Positions 9,328 to 18,412 of a stretch of 64,000 nucleotides of DNA are shown piece by piece. The stretch comes from a phage. The first letter of the stretch is position 1, and every line of letters begins with the position of its first letter. Under the pieces are notes generated by a model. That model ran no database searches, was not told the DNA's origin, and saw only the letters and a list, made by a program, of their open reading frames with translations. The position numbers and the translations under genes were made by a program. The stretch lies in the sequence record PZ386957.1. One strand, given 5' to 3'.

Positions 9328-9856
9328 TTTTGATACGTGATTCTAATTGGATCATACGGTCGCGCGTTTGCTTGTATTCACGGATAGCACCGATCCGGCT
9401 AGGCATACCATCTAGGACGCTCTTAATCCCTTCTAGGGTAGTGATTTTAGCAATGCTATTATGTAACCCCATCTTATCGATCAACTGAATGTCGTAGGCT
9501 TCCATAAGCAGTCCCAGACGTTCTAAGGTTAAATCTTGTTCTTTATCTTCTTCCGATTCTGGAATCTTAGGTTCAATAGTAACTTCGGTAAAGAAACGAC
9601 GCTCACCACCCCAAAACCACACACCGGAACAGTCAATAGGGGATTCTTTTAAAGTCATGGAGTCGAAATCACTACCAATAATAGTAATTTCTCTAACATC
9701 ACCATCGTCGTCAATGTCTTCTACCTTAAACGGGCGACCAGCCAACAGGTCCATAATACATCTGTTAATACCAGACGAAAATTTAGTCAGTTCGGCTTTC
9801 GACGCTTCGCATTCAATCTTGTAAGTTTTACCAACTTCCCATTCCATAATAATCAC
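9317..9856 (-). CDS. Paralog-family protein (GKTY module)
   Basis: 179 aa; EWEVGKTYKIECEASKAEL; ERRFFTEV motif; coiled-coil tail. Confidence 0.6.
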   Translation of the reverse strand: MIIMEWEVGKTYKIECEASKAELTKFSSGINRCIMDLLAGRPFKVEDIDDDGDVREITIIGSDFDSMTLKESPIDCSGVWFWGGERRFFTEVTIEPKIPESEEDKEQDLTLERLGLLMEAYDIQLIDKMGLHNSIAKITTLEGIKSVLDGMPSRIGAIREYKQTRDRMIQLESRIKNER

Positions 9857-9857
9857 C

Positions 9858-10367
9858 TCAAATAATTTTCACTGGAATACTATTAACAATCTTGTATTGT
9901 ACTTGATTGTCAGACCCCCGCCACGGCTTCTTCGTTGGCATATCTTTAATATAACGCCCATCGATGAACATGTCAACTGATTCTACAATTTTTCTTTGCT
10001 CATCATTCAATTGGTCAAGGGTATAACCGGACCATAGCCAAATATCTTTATTTGGCATCCATGATTTTACTTCATCGATGATCCGCTGTACACCCTTTAA
10101 ATTGCGTTTATACAGTGGATCACCACCTAAGAATGTTAGCCCCTGAATAAAATCAGGTCTAAGCAGATCCAGAATCAATCCCATTGTATCATCGGTGAAT
10201 GGTTCCCCGTTCTTAGGATTGAGTAGGCTAGCATTAAAGCAACCATCACATGCGTGTGAACATCCGGTAACGTAAAGGGAGACTCTCACTCCCTCACCGT
10301 TAACCATATCACAATCTTTAATATCGGCATAGCGTAGTTTGCCGTATGTATCAGAACTCATATTCAA
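9858..10367 (-). CDS. nrdG: Anaerobic ribonucleotide reductase activating protein NrdG (radical SAM)
   Basis: 169 aa; CSHACDGC (CxxxCxxC) radical-SAM cluster motif; adjacent to nrdD. Confidence 0.9.
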   Translation of the reverse strand: MNMSSDTYGKLRYADIKDCDMVNGEGVRVSLYVTGCSHACDGCFNASLLNPKNGEPFTDDTMGLILDLLRPDFIQGLTFLGGDPLYKRNLKGVQRIIDEVKSWMPNKDIWLWSGYTLDQLNDEQRKIVESVDMFIDGRYIKDMPTKKPWRGSDNQVQYKIVNSIPVKII

Positions 10368-10503
10368 TTACCCCGAACTCGTTTACAATCTGCGCTTTAT
10401 AGTAACCACCGCGAGATGCTAATAGATAAGCTGGGCTTAGGTATTCGTATTCACGGATTTCTACTTGTGCGTTTTCAGTTTCCCAAATCAGTAAAGTCCA
10501 CAT
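10351..10503 (-). CDS. Small hypothetical protein (about 50 aa)
   Basis: The track ORF 10351-10578 runs through the promoter at 10546-10574; the ATG at 10503 follows RBS GGAGAA. Confidence 0.35.
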   Translation of the reverse strand: MWTLLIWETENAQVEIREYEYLSPAYLLASRGGYYKAQIVNEFGVIEYEF

Positions 10504-10545
10504 ATTTGATTCTCCTGTAAAGTTGTATCTCGTCTTGATGAATAT

Positions 10546-10574
10546 AGTATAGGGGATCTCGCGATCCCCGTCAA
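10546..10574 (-). promoter_or_regulatory. Promoter TTGACG-17-TATACT, spacer palindrome GGGGATCGCGAGATCCCC
   Basis: Minus-strand read; leader ends in AGGAGAATCAAAT-ATG. Confidence 0.6.
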
Positions 10575-10578
10575 GCAT

Positions 10579-11127
10579 TTATTTTAAATTTTTTCGAATG
10601 TATTCAGACCATTCCTTCCCTGTCAGTTCGGTCCCATTCTGGAAACTGAAATATTCATACGGCATCGAGTCAAGATAAAACAGGATCATACATCGCGCCA
10701 TATAATACCAATCACGATTAAAGTAAACTACGTTATCACCAGTACCATCAACCCCTTTATCATAACCATCGCTGGTACGGGCGACCCATTGAATAGTATC
10801 ATTTTTCTCACGGATAGTCACAGGTTCCCAATATCCAGCACATCCAGCATGACCACACGAACAAGTAAGGAAATATTGCCCTTTTGCTTTGTTGTCATCC
10901 CATTCACGATGGATTGGTTCGATCTCGTGAAACAGTGCCAAACAATCATGATTATGCAACACTGGCTTACCATCAATCAATGCATGGAATGTATACAAAC
11001 GACCCGTAGACAAATAGCTATCCTCACGCTCAACCAGTTCAATAGCAATCTTTTTAGCTCGTTCTTTGTGTCGTTGTGCTTTACGCTTACGGTTTAATGA
11101 TTTCATATTCACCTCACACATTATCAA
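10579..11127 (-). CDS. Hypothetical protein (Cys/His-rich)
   Basis: 182 aa; basic N-terminus; CSCGHAGCAGY cluster. Confidence 0.55.
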   Translation of the reverse strand: MIMCEVNMKSLNRKRKAQRHKERAKKIAIELVEREDSYLSTGRLYTFHALIDGKPVLHNHDCLALFHEIEPIHREWDDNKAKGQYFLTCSCGHAGCAGYWEPVTIREKNDTIQWVARTSDGYDKGVDGTGDNVVYFNRDWYYMARCMILFYLDSMPYEYFSFQNGTELTGKEWSEYIRKNLK

Positions 11128-11665
11128 AGGTCGCGATATAGTACATTATGAAAATGAGAACTTGCATTACCAATATTGTAGATAACAAATTCTTCATCCG
11201 GCGCTTGCGCTACAAATTGAGTATGAGCAACCGCTACGACTTTAAAAATACGATCCGTGATCTTGTGCTTAATTTCTGCCCCTACTTCCATAGGAACATA
11301 TTCATTTGTTTCTGTTTCAGTCGCAAAACAGCCATCTTCTTCATAAGCACGAACAAATCGGTCGCAATCAGTACGCTTAACAAATTCAAGAGTATATAAT
11401 TCTCGTGAATTGTCGGTATAGACCAATACAGAATTATTATGATAGCGAATCACATACAGGTTATTATCATCGTCAATTACGCAAAAGCTACGGATTCCTT
11501 CGCCTTGACTCCAGCAGATATTAACCACCGTTCCTCTAATAAAAAAACTTTCCTTTAAATTAAAACTAGTCAATGTGCTAGCGTGCATTTTAACAACAAC
11601 ACCATCACCAATTTCCAGTTTACGAAGTTTAACTTCTTTGCTCAGTACACAAAACATCATCATAT
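11124..11665 (-). CDS. Hypothetical protein
   Basis: Start reassigned to MMMFCV after the promoter/leader at 11692-11719; about 180 aa. Confidence 0.55.
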
Positions 11666-11691
11666 TGTCCTCTCTTTGTTTCGATGTGAGC

Positions 11692-11719
11692 ATTATACAT
11701 GAGCTAATCATGTTGTCAA
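11692..11719 (-). promoter_or_regulatory. Promoter TTGACA-16-TATAAT with CATCGAAAC leader
   Basis: Minus-strand read; preceded by nrdD terminator. Confidence 0.65.
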
Positions 11720-11725
11720 CACCCC

Positions 11726-11757
11726 AAAACGAAAAAGCCGACCCTTTCGGATCGGCT
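11726..11757 (-). terminator. Intrinsic terminator after nrdD
   Basis: GCCGATCC-GAAA-GGGTCGGC hairpin then TTTTTCGTTTT. Confidence 0.75.
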
Positions 11758-11762
11758 AAAAA

Positions 11763-13625
11763 TTACATGTGCTTAACGCGGTTTACCATCTCGGAGTGTT
11801 TCCCGTGGTTAAATGGACGCAGATCAACAGATCCAAGATATCCACTAACGCGGCGGATAACATTCATCTTTTCCAGATTGTCATTGCCGCAATCAGGGCA
11901 AACAAAACCAGACTCGGTCGCTCTCATTTCCTTATTAGATCCGCATACATGACATACATCAGAAGGAGTATTAACACCGAAGTAGTGCAATTTATCCATT
12001 GCATAGTCTACTACAGTTTCAAGACCTTTCAGGTTGTTTTTCATGTCTGGGAACTCAACATAAGAGATCATGCCACCGGACGCCAGACAGTGATAATCTT
12101 TCTCAAAGTCGATTTTCTCAAACGGTGTAACCTTCCGGTCTACGTCAAGGTGGAATGAGTTGGTGTACCAGTCTTTATCGGTAGCACCCTTAACAATACC
12201 AAATTGCTCTCGGTCCAGTCGATTAAATCGATAGCAAAGGCTCTCGGCTGGCGTACCGTAAAGACTAAAACCAAGTCCGGTTTCGTCCTTCCATTTTTCA
12301 GTATAATGACGCAAGATCTTAAGAATATGTTTACCGTATCGCTGCGCATCTTCCGAATCAAACGGATGAACACCAAACAGGACGCTCAATACCTCATGTA
12401 AACCAATATACCCAAGAGAGATACTAGCGCGACCATCTTTCAGCACTTCCAAAATTTCATCGTTTTGATGAATACGGAAAAATGCACCTTCGGTATACAG
12501 TACAGGGGCAACATTGGCTTTAGCACCTTTTAAAGCGTCTACGCGACTCATGAGAGCATCAAAACAAATAGGCATACGATTAGCTAGCTCTTGTTCGAAT
12601 AGCTCAATTCTGCGCATTACAGACGCTTTACCAGCACGACGCGCGGCAATAAGGGCAATACGCGGAAGATTCAGAGTCACAACACCCAAGTTATTACGTC
12701 CGTCTAATACTTCTTCGCCTTTCTCATTATGCCACACACCCAGGAAGCTACGACAACCCATCGGGCTAACCGGAACACTAGATCCGGTGATACTACGGTT
12801 ATTCTTCGCAGAGATATAATCAGGGTAAAGACGCTTACTAGAACATTCCAATGCAAGTTGCTTAATGTCGTAGTTCGGATCTTCCGGTTTAAGGTTTAAT
12901 CCTTCTTCTAAGAACATCACCAGCTTAGGAAACACCGGAGTTATACCATCTTTACCTAAACCTTTAGTTCGAACTTTCAGGATCGCTTTCTGAATCAGTT
13001 TTTCTTCCCAGCTAGTACCCATACCAAAGGTTAAAGTCACAAAAGGCGTTTGACCGTTGGTGGAGAACAAAGTGTTGATTTCATATTCCAACGCTTGATA
13101 CCCGTCTAAAGTTTCTTTTTCTGTCTTCTCTTGTGCATAGAGAGTATCAGCTTTGATTCCGTAGGTTTCGGCATCAGCAAGGTGTTTATGATATGTTTTC
13201 TCAACATACGGTGCTAACACCTGATCGATGTTTGCAATTGTGGTCCCGCCATATTGATGACTTGCCACCTGTGCGATAATTTGAGCGGTTACAGCACAAG
13301 CAACGCCGATTGATCTCGGACTTTCGATTTGTGCACTACCCAATTTAAAACCATTCTCTAACATGTCCTTGAGATTAACAAGACAGCAGTTAGTAAACGG
13401 CATAGCGGGTGCATAATCCATATCATGATAATGAATATCACCGTCTACATGCGCTTTATAGATGTGCTCAGGTAACACGGTTTTAGCAATCTGTTTAGAC
13501 ACAGCGCCAGCAATCAGATCTCGACGTGTCGGGAATGTTCGCGCGTCTTTGTTCGCGTTCTCTTTGCTTACTTCGTTTTCTTTACCCGTTGCAATCTCTG
13601 TAATGTCTTTGATTAGTTTTTCCAT
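11763..13625 (-). CDS. nrdD: Anaerobic ribonucleoside-triphosphate reductase NrdD (class III, glycyl radical)
   Basis: 620 aa; C-terminal CPDCG zinc motif and glycyl-radical motif RRVSGYLG; uninterrupted ORF. Confidence 0.92.
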   Translation of the reverse strand: MEKLIKDITEIATGKENEVSKENANKDARTFPTRRDLIAGAVSKQIAKTVLPEHIYKAHVDGDIHYHDMDYAPAMPFTNCCLVNLKDMLENGFKLGSAQIESPRSIGVACAVTAQIIAQVASHQYGGTTIANIDQVLAPYVEKTYHKHLADAETYGIKADTLYAQEKTEKETLDGYQALEYEINTLFSTNGQTPFVTLTFGMGTSWEEKLIQKAILKVRTKGLGKDGITPVFPKLVMFLEEGLNLKPEDPNYDIKQLALECSSKRLYPDYISAKNNRSITGSSVPVSPMGCRSFLGVWHNEKGEEVLDGRNNLGVVTLNLPRIALIAARRAGKASVMRRIELFEQELANRMPICFDALMSRVDALKGAKANVAPVLYTEGAFFRIHQNDEILEVLKDGRASISLGYIGLHEVLSVLFGVHPFDSEDAQRYGKHILKILRHYTEKWKDETGLGFSLYGTPAESLCYRFNRLDREQFGIVKGATDKDWYTNSFHLDVDRKVTPFEKIDFEKDYHCLASGGMISYVEFPDMKNNLKGLETVVDYAMDKLHYFGVNTPSDVCHVCGSNKEMRATESGFVCPDCGNDNLEKMNVIRRVSGYLGSVDLRPFNHGKHSEMVNRVKHM

Positions 13626-13635
13626 TGTATCACCT

Positions 13636-13660
13636 ATGAAAAAGCGGGATTTCTCCCGCT
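13636..13660 (-). terminator. Hairpin plus U-tract between 13670-14164 and nrdD (possible attenuating terminator)
   Basis: GCGGGA-GAAA-TCCCGC then TTTTT, 15 nt before the nrdD ATG. Confidence 0.5.
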
Positions 13661-13669
13661 CGTTGATAG

Positions 13670-14164
13670 TTATTTTACCAGTTCTGCTAATTCTTTTTCC
13701 GCCGCTTCCAGTTCAGCTTTCAGTTGTTTGATCTCTTGTCGCTTCTTATTAGCGGCTTCCTGCTTACTATTTCGGATAACCTGATCTAGATACAACTCCC
13801 AATCCTGAATATTTTTGATAATGTAGCCGTCAACATTAATTGGTCGGAGATTCAGTACAGCTTCCAGTTTAGTTGCAAAAACTTTAATTGCTGGGGTGAA
13901 GTATTCATATTCGTTATCTTCAAACCAATAACCTAGACTTGCATTCTCAATACGAAGATGAAGTTTAAGATCAAGGTCTTTATCATCGGTATATAGGTCT
14001 TTTACACACCCCATAGAATTAACAACAACTTTAAAACGAATTTTATCTACACCACCAAAAACATCTTCAAGAATATCAGCAATTGAGCTATTAGCGCAAG
14101 ATTGGTCGCTGAATGCGTCAAGGTTTTCTTTAGTTACAGTATACCAAACATCTTGTACCCACAT
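13670..14164 (-). CDS. Paralog-family protein (related module + coiled-coil tail)
   Basis: 164 aa; ASLGYWFEDNEYEYF motif; C-terminal KQLKAELEAAEKELAELVK. Confidence 0.55.
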   Translation of the reverse strand: MWVQDVWYTVTKENLDAFSDQSCANSSIADILEDVFGGVDKIRFKVVVNSMGCVKDLYTDDKDLDLKLHLRIENASLGYWFEDNEYEYFTPAIKVFATKLEAVLNLRPINVDGYIIKNIQDWELYLDQVIRNSKQEAANKKRQEIKQLKAELEAAEKELAELVK

Positions 14165-14193
14165 AATATAATCCTCTCGTTGTTAAGTGGGAG

Positions 14194-14221
14194 TATTATA
14201 GCATACTCCCTTCGCATGTCA
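14194..14221 (-). promoter_or_regulatory. Promoter TTGACA-16-TATAAT, -10 inside inverted repeat GGGAGTAT...ATACTCCC
   Basis: Minus-strand read upstream of 13670-14164. Confidence 0.65.
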
Positions 14222-15397
14222 AGCACTAACTTTTTTCTTTACTGCTTTCACCTTCTGGCGAATTGCTCGAATCTCTTCGATCTCTTTTTCAGTCTCTTTA
14301 ACAATTTCTTTGCGATTCTGAATATCTGTATCGAGATTATCATCAAGTTTAGGCAGCATGTCAATCAAGAACTTTTTAAAGTCTTTCAGGTTTCGAATAA
14401 CAGCACCTTCGCCCATTACCGCAACACCCACACCATCCGGCAGATCACCAAACAGCTTAACCAGTTCAGACAGATGATCATGATCTTCTAGTGCTTCTTC
14501 CGGTTCAGATGGCAGTTCAACAAAGTTATAACGTTCATCATTGCTGATCAAGTGATACCAGCAAAGCCCGAAAGATTTCGGTGTATATTCTACACCATCA
14601 ATTTCAACCGCGTCAACACTTCCATAATCATCTACTTTAGTTACCTTAAATCCTTGTCCCAGCTTTTGAACAATTTCAACAACATGACTTGATACAGTTT
14701 CAGCGGTAAACCAATATGGCAAATTATGCTGATTTGGCTTGTAGCGTTCACCTACTTTAAATCTCTGACCATCCGCTTGCATAGAATGAAATTGTTGTTT
14801 CGTGATTTCCGCGAAGTATTCAAATTCGCCACCATCAAACACACAAGCCCATTGATCACAAAAACGATCTGCCTTAACAGTTTCACCTTTCGCGGTGATC
14901 ATGGTAGCTGATCCGTGCAATTCTTCTTCAACTAAAAAGCCATATTCGACAAAATCAACAAGTTTCATAGCTTCTTTGTGATCTGGATCATGCTCTCCCC
15001 AGAATCGCTTAAATTCTTGCAAACCTTCTGGGGTAAACGAATAACATTTACCTTTTTCAAAGTAAGTCGGCATTGCATCCTCTTTCTTGTTCATCGCTTC
15101 GTATGCCTCTTTTGAGATGCGTTTAAAGTATTTACGCTCATTGTGCATAATCATAGTAGCCCAATAATCAACAATATCATTAGCGGAATAAACTACATCT
15201 CCAGCTTCAATAGTAATAACATGACCGTGGTCATCTTTTTCTAATACTTTAAAGCCCTTTTCTACGATTTCAGCAACCCGAATATGACCACGGCGCGAAG
15301 CATCGGTCAGAATAATTGAATAGCGAGAAAAGTCTAGAAACTCATCTTTACCGCCTTCACGGAATGCATAGTAATGACCTTCAAAGAATTTAGCCAT
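14219..15397 (-). CDS. Paralog-family protein with multiple tandem modules
   Basis: 392 aa; repeated GFKV..D..G.V..IE.DG..Y units; NERKYFKRISK motif; coiled-coil tail. Confidence 0.6.
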   Translation of the reverse strand: MAKFFEGHYYAFREGGKDEFLDFSRYSIILTDASRRGHIRVAEIVEKGFKVLEKDDHGHVITIEAGDVVYSANDIVDYWATMIMHNERKYFKRISKEAYEAMNKKEDAMPTYFEKGKCYSFTPEGLQEFKRFWGEHDPDHKEAMKLVDFVEYGFLVEEELHGSATMITAKGETVKADRFCDQWACVFDGGEFEYFAEITKQQFHSMQADGQRFKVGERYKPNQHNLPYWFTAETVSSHVVEIVQKLGQGFKVTKVDDYGSVDAVEIDGVEYTPKSFGLCWYHLISNDERYNFVELPSEPEEALEDHDHLSELVKLFGDLPDGVGVAVMGEGAVIRNLKDFKKFLIDMLPKLDDNLDTDIQNRKEIVKETEKEIEEIRAIRQKVKAVKKKVSA

Positions 15398-15428
15398 AAT
15401 ATAATCCTCTCGTTGTTTAGATGGGAGT

Positions 15429-15457
15429 ATCTTACTACTCCCGTTTCATCATGTCAA
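15429..15457 (-). promoter_or_regulatory. Promoter TTGACA-17-TAAGAT, -10 inside inverted repeat GGGAGTAG...TACTCCC
   Basis: Minus-strand read upstream of 14219-15397. Confidence 0.6.
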
Positions 15458-16038
15458 GCGTTAAATGACTTTTGGATCTCTTTCAGTTCAGCTACTTTAT
15501 CGGCGCTATATTTTGCTTGATGTTCCATGCGCTTAAGCTCACCTTTGATATAGGTTTCTAGCTTAGGTTTATTCTCAATCAGAAAATCTTTCAAGTCATC
15601 GGCATTTTTAAAGTATAGCTGATTATCAAAGCTAAAATCTTCCAGCGTCAAGGATACCAAAGAAGATTTCGCAAACAAGTTAATCAGATCTTCCAGAGAT
15701 TCTTCTTTCTTAACTGGTTTCATTTCTTCAAACTGCTTTTTAGTGATGCGTTTAAAGTATTTGCGCTCGTTTGCAGCAATCAGAACAGATGCACCTTCAT
15801 ACCCATGAGTTTCTACCAGATACACACGCCCCATCGCATCAACAGTGAGAACTTTAAAGCCGTTACAAAGCACGTCATACAAGAACTTATTATGTTGCGG
15901 ACATCGTTTGATAAATTCTGCGGCTGTTTCTGCACTACGGAAAGTGTAATAACGACCTCGTTCAAAAGCAGCATCATTTGAAGACTTAGCCGGATACAAT
16001 TTATACGTTTTCTGTACCATAATATAATCCTCTATCAT
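15454..16038 (-). CDS. Paralog-family protein
   Basis: 194 aa; NERKYFKRITK motif shared with 14219-15397; coiled-coil tail. Confidence 0.6.
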   Translation of the reverse strand: MIEDYIMVQKTYKLYPAKSSNDAAFERGRYYTFRSAETAAEFIKRCPQHNKFLYDVLCNGFKVLTVDAMGRVYLVETHGYEGASVLIAANERKYFKRITKKQFEEMKPVKKEESLEDLINLFAKSSLVSLTLEDFSFDNQLYFKNADDLKDFLIENKPKLETYIKGELKRMEHQAKYSADKVAELKEIQKSFNA

Positions 16039-16307
16039 TTCACTAATTGAACAGCACGAAACAGAATGCGGTCACACGGAAGAAGCATAAATTCCCAACG
16101 CGGATCAAAGTCTTTAGCGGTATATGTTTTCCCATCAACCGAGATTTCACTTACATAACCAATAGGTGACACTTTAAGAACAGTAAACCCATTCTTGATG
16201 ACTTCGTAGGTATCTTTCAAACCTTCGTAGTCATCCTCTAGGAAGTCTTTACGTGCTTGCTCAGATTTAAAAACATAGGCCACACCGGATTTAAACATCT
16301 TACGCAT
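16035..16307 (-). CDS. Paralog-family protein (single module)
   Basis: Start reassigned to MRKMFKSGVAYVFKSEQARKDF after promoter at 16339-16368; about 90 aa. Confidence 0.5.
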   Translation of the reverse strand: MRKMFKSGVAYVFKSEQARKDFLEDDYEGLKDTYEVIKNGFTVLKVSPIGYVSEISVDGKTYTAKDFDPRWEFMLLPCDRILFRAVQLVK

Positions 16308-16338
16308 TGTTGATTCTCCTTCTTGATTAGATGGGAGT

Positions 16339-16368
16339 ATTTTACTACTCCCATTTCTTATTGTCAAC
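16339..16368 (-). promoter_or_regulatory. Promoter TTGACA-17-TAAAAT, -10 inside inverted repeat GGGAGTAG...TACTCCC
   Basis: Minus-strand read upstream of 16035-16307. Confidence 0.6.
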
Positions 16369-16370
16369 TA

Positions 16371-16859
16371 CTATCTTAATCTTTGTATAAATTGTTTCTT
16401 ATACTTCTTCGTGATCTCTTCTCTTGTATCAGCGTCACAGTAATCGAAACCTTCTGCGTCCATAATAGCAACCATCTCCGCGCGTGTCAAGCGTGAAAAT
16501 CGTTTTACTTTATCAACAGCATATTGAGGATGTAAATGATTGTTGGTGTAGTCTCCTTTGATGTAATTAACATAGTTTGTAGCCCAAACAACGAAATCAG
16601 CACCTAAAGCACCAACACCAAACCGTTTAAAGTCTCCGGTCAACGATCCTTCTAGGCGGTTGCAACACGAATGAAGCAATCCCCTTACGCGGCCTTGCCC
16701 TTTACCATCTAGATCGTGGTCGTGGTCAAGATGGTTTTTGCTCATATCCTCAAAAAGTGGCAATTGACAAAGGGGGCAAATGCCCCCCTGTTTTTCGAAT
16801 AGTTCTTGTTTGTACTCTTTAGCACTCTTAGCAGTCAGTAACATAAATTCACCCTCCAA
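16371..16859 (-). CDS. 49: Endonuclease VII (Holliday junction resolvase) gp49
   Basis: MLLTAK..CPLC..HLDHDH..VRGLLHSCCN..DYTNNHLHP..RFSRL match T4 endo VII; likely start at internal MLLT (about 16844). Confidence 0.88.
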   Translation of the reverse strand: MEGEFMLLTAKSAKEYKQELFEKQGGICPLCQLPLFEDMSKNHLDHDHDLDGKGQGRVRGLLHSCCNRLEGSLTGDFKRFGVGALGADFVVWATNYVNYIKGDYTNNHLHPQYAVDKVKRFSRLTRAEMVAIMDAEGFDYCDADTREEITKKYKKQFIQRLR

Positions 16860-16868
16860 AGAAGGTAT

Positions 16869-17162
16869 TTAACCATGAATCTTGTTTTTGACTACAAAGG
16901 ATCGGAACTCATCAAAGCCACCAATATAATCACCATCATAGAAAATCTGCGGCATGGTGGCAATAACTTCTACCCCTGCGCGATCCTGAATATCGGCAAT
17001 GATAGAATCAATCTTTACAGGGCGACCGTTTTCGTCCACACCATCATTAACCGGAATGTAGATGTAAGGGATCTTACGCGCTTCACAAAGGCGCTTTGCA
17101 TTCTGGCAATACTTACAGTTGTAACCTTCAAAACCAAAAATTTCTACCATGTTATACCTCAA
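16869..17162 (-). CDS. nrdC: Thioredoxin/glutaredoxin NrdC
   Basis: CKYCQNAKRL active site and MPQIF..IGGFD, matching T4 NrdC pattern. Confidence 0.85.
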   Translation of the reverse strand: MRYNMVEIFGFEGYNCKYCQNAKRLCEARKIPYIYIPVNDGVDENGRPVKIDSIIADIQDRAGVEVIATMPQIFYDGDYIGGFDEFRSFVVKNKIHG

Positions 17163-17971
17163 TCTACGTTAGTTACATAAACTTCTTGCGTATCAGAAGA
17201 CTTGCCACCTGAACGATCTAGGCAATAGGTCTTATTCAACAGGACGCAGTTTAAATCATTCCGCTTGATAAAATCAAGCAAATGGTTGTTAACTTTCCCT
17301 TTGTGGTGAGTAACATTGCTTAATCCAAACTTAGTACCGCTAGACATTAATGATTCTATCCACATGTAGAATTTAATCTCTTCTTCTTCACTCCAGAACT
17401 TATTATATTCTGCCGACGTGATCCAATATGGCGGGTCCAAATAAACGAAATCACCGGGCAAGATCTCGATCTCGTCATAACGACCAGACGTAAAATTGAT
17501 TCGACCGTCTTTGTTTTCTTCTTTAAAATTCAGGACACGCTCTACCGCGTTTTCGTTAAAAGTCCGGCGACCAAAATTAGCATTAAATTCGCCCTTTCGG
17601 TTATGGCGGTTAATGTTGCTAAAACTATGCTGAATCAGAACAAACAGAGATAGCGGATCTGGATTCTCGTTATACTTCTTGCGGAATGCCATATAAGAAT
17701 CTTTATCATCACGAGACAAACCATTCTCGGCAATAATCCGCTTGATCGTAGAAACCGGATCAGGGCACTCGTCAATCGCTTTGTAAGCATCAATTAAGCG
17801 GTGATCATAGTCATTAGCCAGAACATCCCCTTCGACGTACAGAGACACGCTCAAACCGCCACAAAAGGCATCGACAAAGCGGTTATAGTGCTTAGGGAAA
17901 TACTTACTAACACCTGGCAATAACTTTTCCTTATTGCCAGTATAGGGAATTAAACCTAATGCTTTCTTCAT
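17159..17971 (-). CDS. dam: DNA adenine methyltransferase Dam (alpha-class N6-adenine MTase)
   Basis: 270 aa; N-terminal FCGGLSV SAM motif, C-terminal DPPY catalytic motif, YNKFWSEEEE; closely matches T4 Dam. Confidence 0.9.
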   Translation of the reverse strand: MKKALGLIPYTGNKEKLLPGVSKYFPKHYNRFVDAFCGGLSVSLYVEGDVLANDYDHRLIDAYKAIDECPDPVSTIKRIIAENGLSRDDKDSYMAFRKKYNENPDPLSLFVLIQHSFSNINRHNRKGEFNANFGRRTFNENAVERVLNFKEENKDGRINFTSGRYDEIEILPGDFVYLDPPYWITSAEYNKFWSEEEEIKFYMWIESLMSSGTKFGLSNVTHHKGKVNNHLLDFIKRNDLNCVLLNKTYCLDRSGGKSSDTQEVYVTNVD

Positions 17972-18402
17972 TATCCCTTCCTCAAATAAGTTCTTTCAAT
18001 TTCTACCAGTTCGAAAAATTCATCCCAATCACACGGAAAATTGCAGTTTCCGAAATGATCCTCTTTGTAAAGTTCTTTACCGGATGGCAGCTTAATATCT
18101 GTTACGCTGTAGTATCCGCAACAATCGCAATCACCATCTGTATATTCTGTTTTGGTAGGAATATCCATCATTGCCAGATACAAAGGTACATCGTCTTGCT
18201 CAAAGTTCATGTAACCTTCATGGTCGAATGAAACAAAGTTATCATCGCCACCGAAAGGGATATAGTGGTCATAATCGGTTACAGGTTGACCGTGCAATTC
18301 CCATTCTACAATTTTAACATTACCGCTAAACTTGATACCCATAATTTCAACAAGAAAATGAGTATCGTCAATGTAAATCTTACTAGGAGTTGGATAAACC
18401 AT
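17971..18402 (-). CDS. Hypothetical protein (Cys-rich, acidic)
   Basis: 143 aa; DGDCDCCGYY and CNFPCDWDEF clusters. Confidence 0.5.
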   Translation of the reverse strand: MVYPTPSKIYIDDTHFLVEIMGIKFSGNVKIVEWELHGQPVTDYDHYIPFGGDDNFVSFDHEGYMNFEQDDVPLYLAMMDIPTKTEYTDGDCDCCGYYSVTDIKLPSGKELYKEDHFGNCNFPCDWDEFFELVEIERTYLRKG

Positions 18403-18412
18403 TATATAATCC

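Noticed and set aside
10351-10578. Track ORF of 75 aa, and similar over-extended N-termini at 11124-11711, 16035-16367 and 35721-36116
   Set aside because: The longest-ORF starts run through the promoter hexamers; the ATG after the conserved leader and RBS is the more plausible start, so shortened coordinates were used.
14188-14209. Promoter-embedded inverted repeats interpreted as intrinsic terminators
   Set aside because: On the coding (minus) strand they are not followed by a U-tract and they overlap the -10 hexamers; the true terminators (GC stem plus T-run) lie just upstream of the -35 in several modules.
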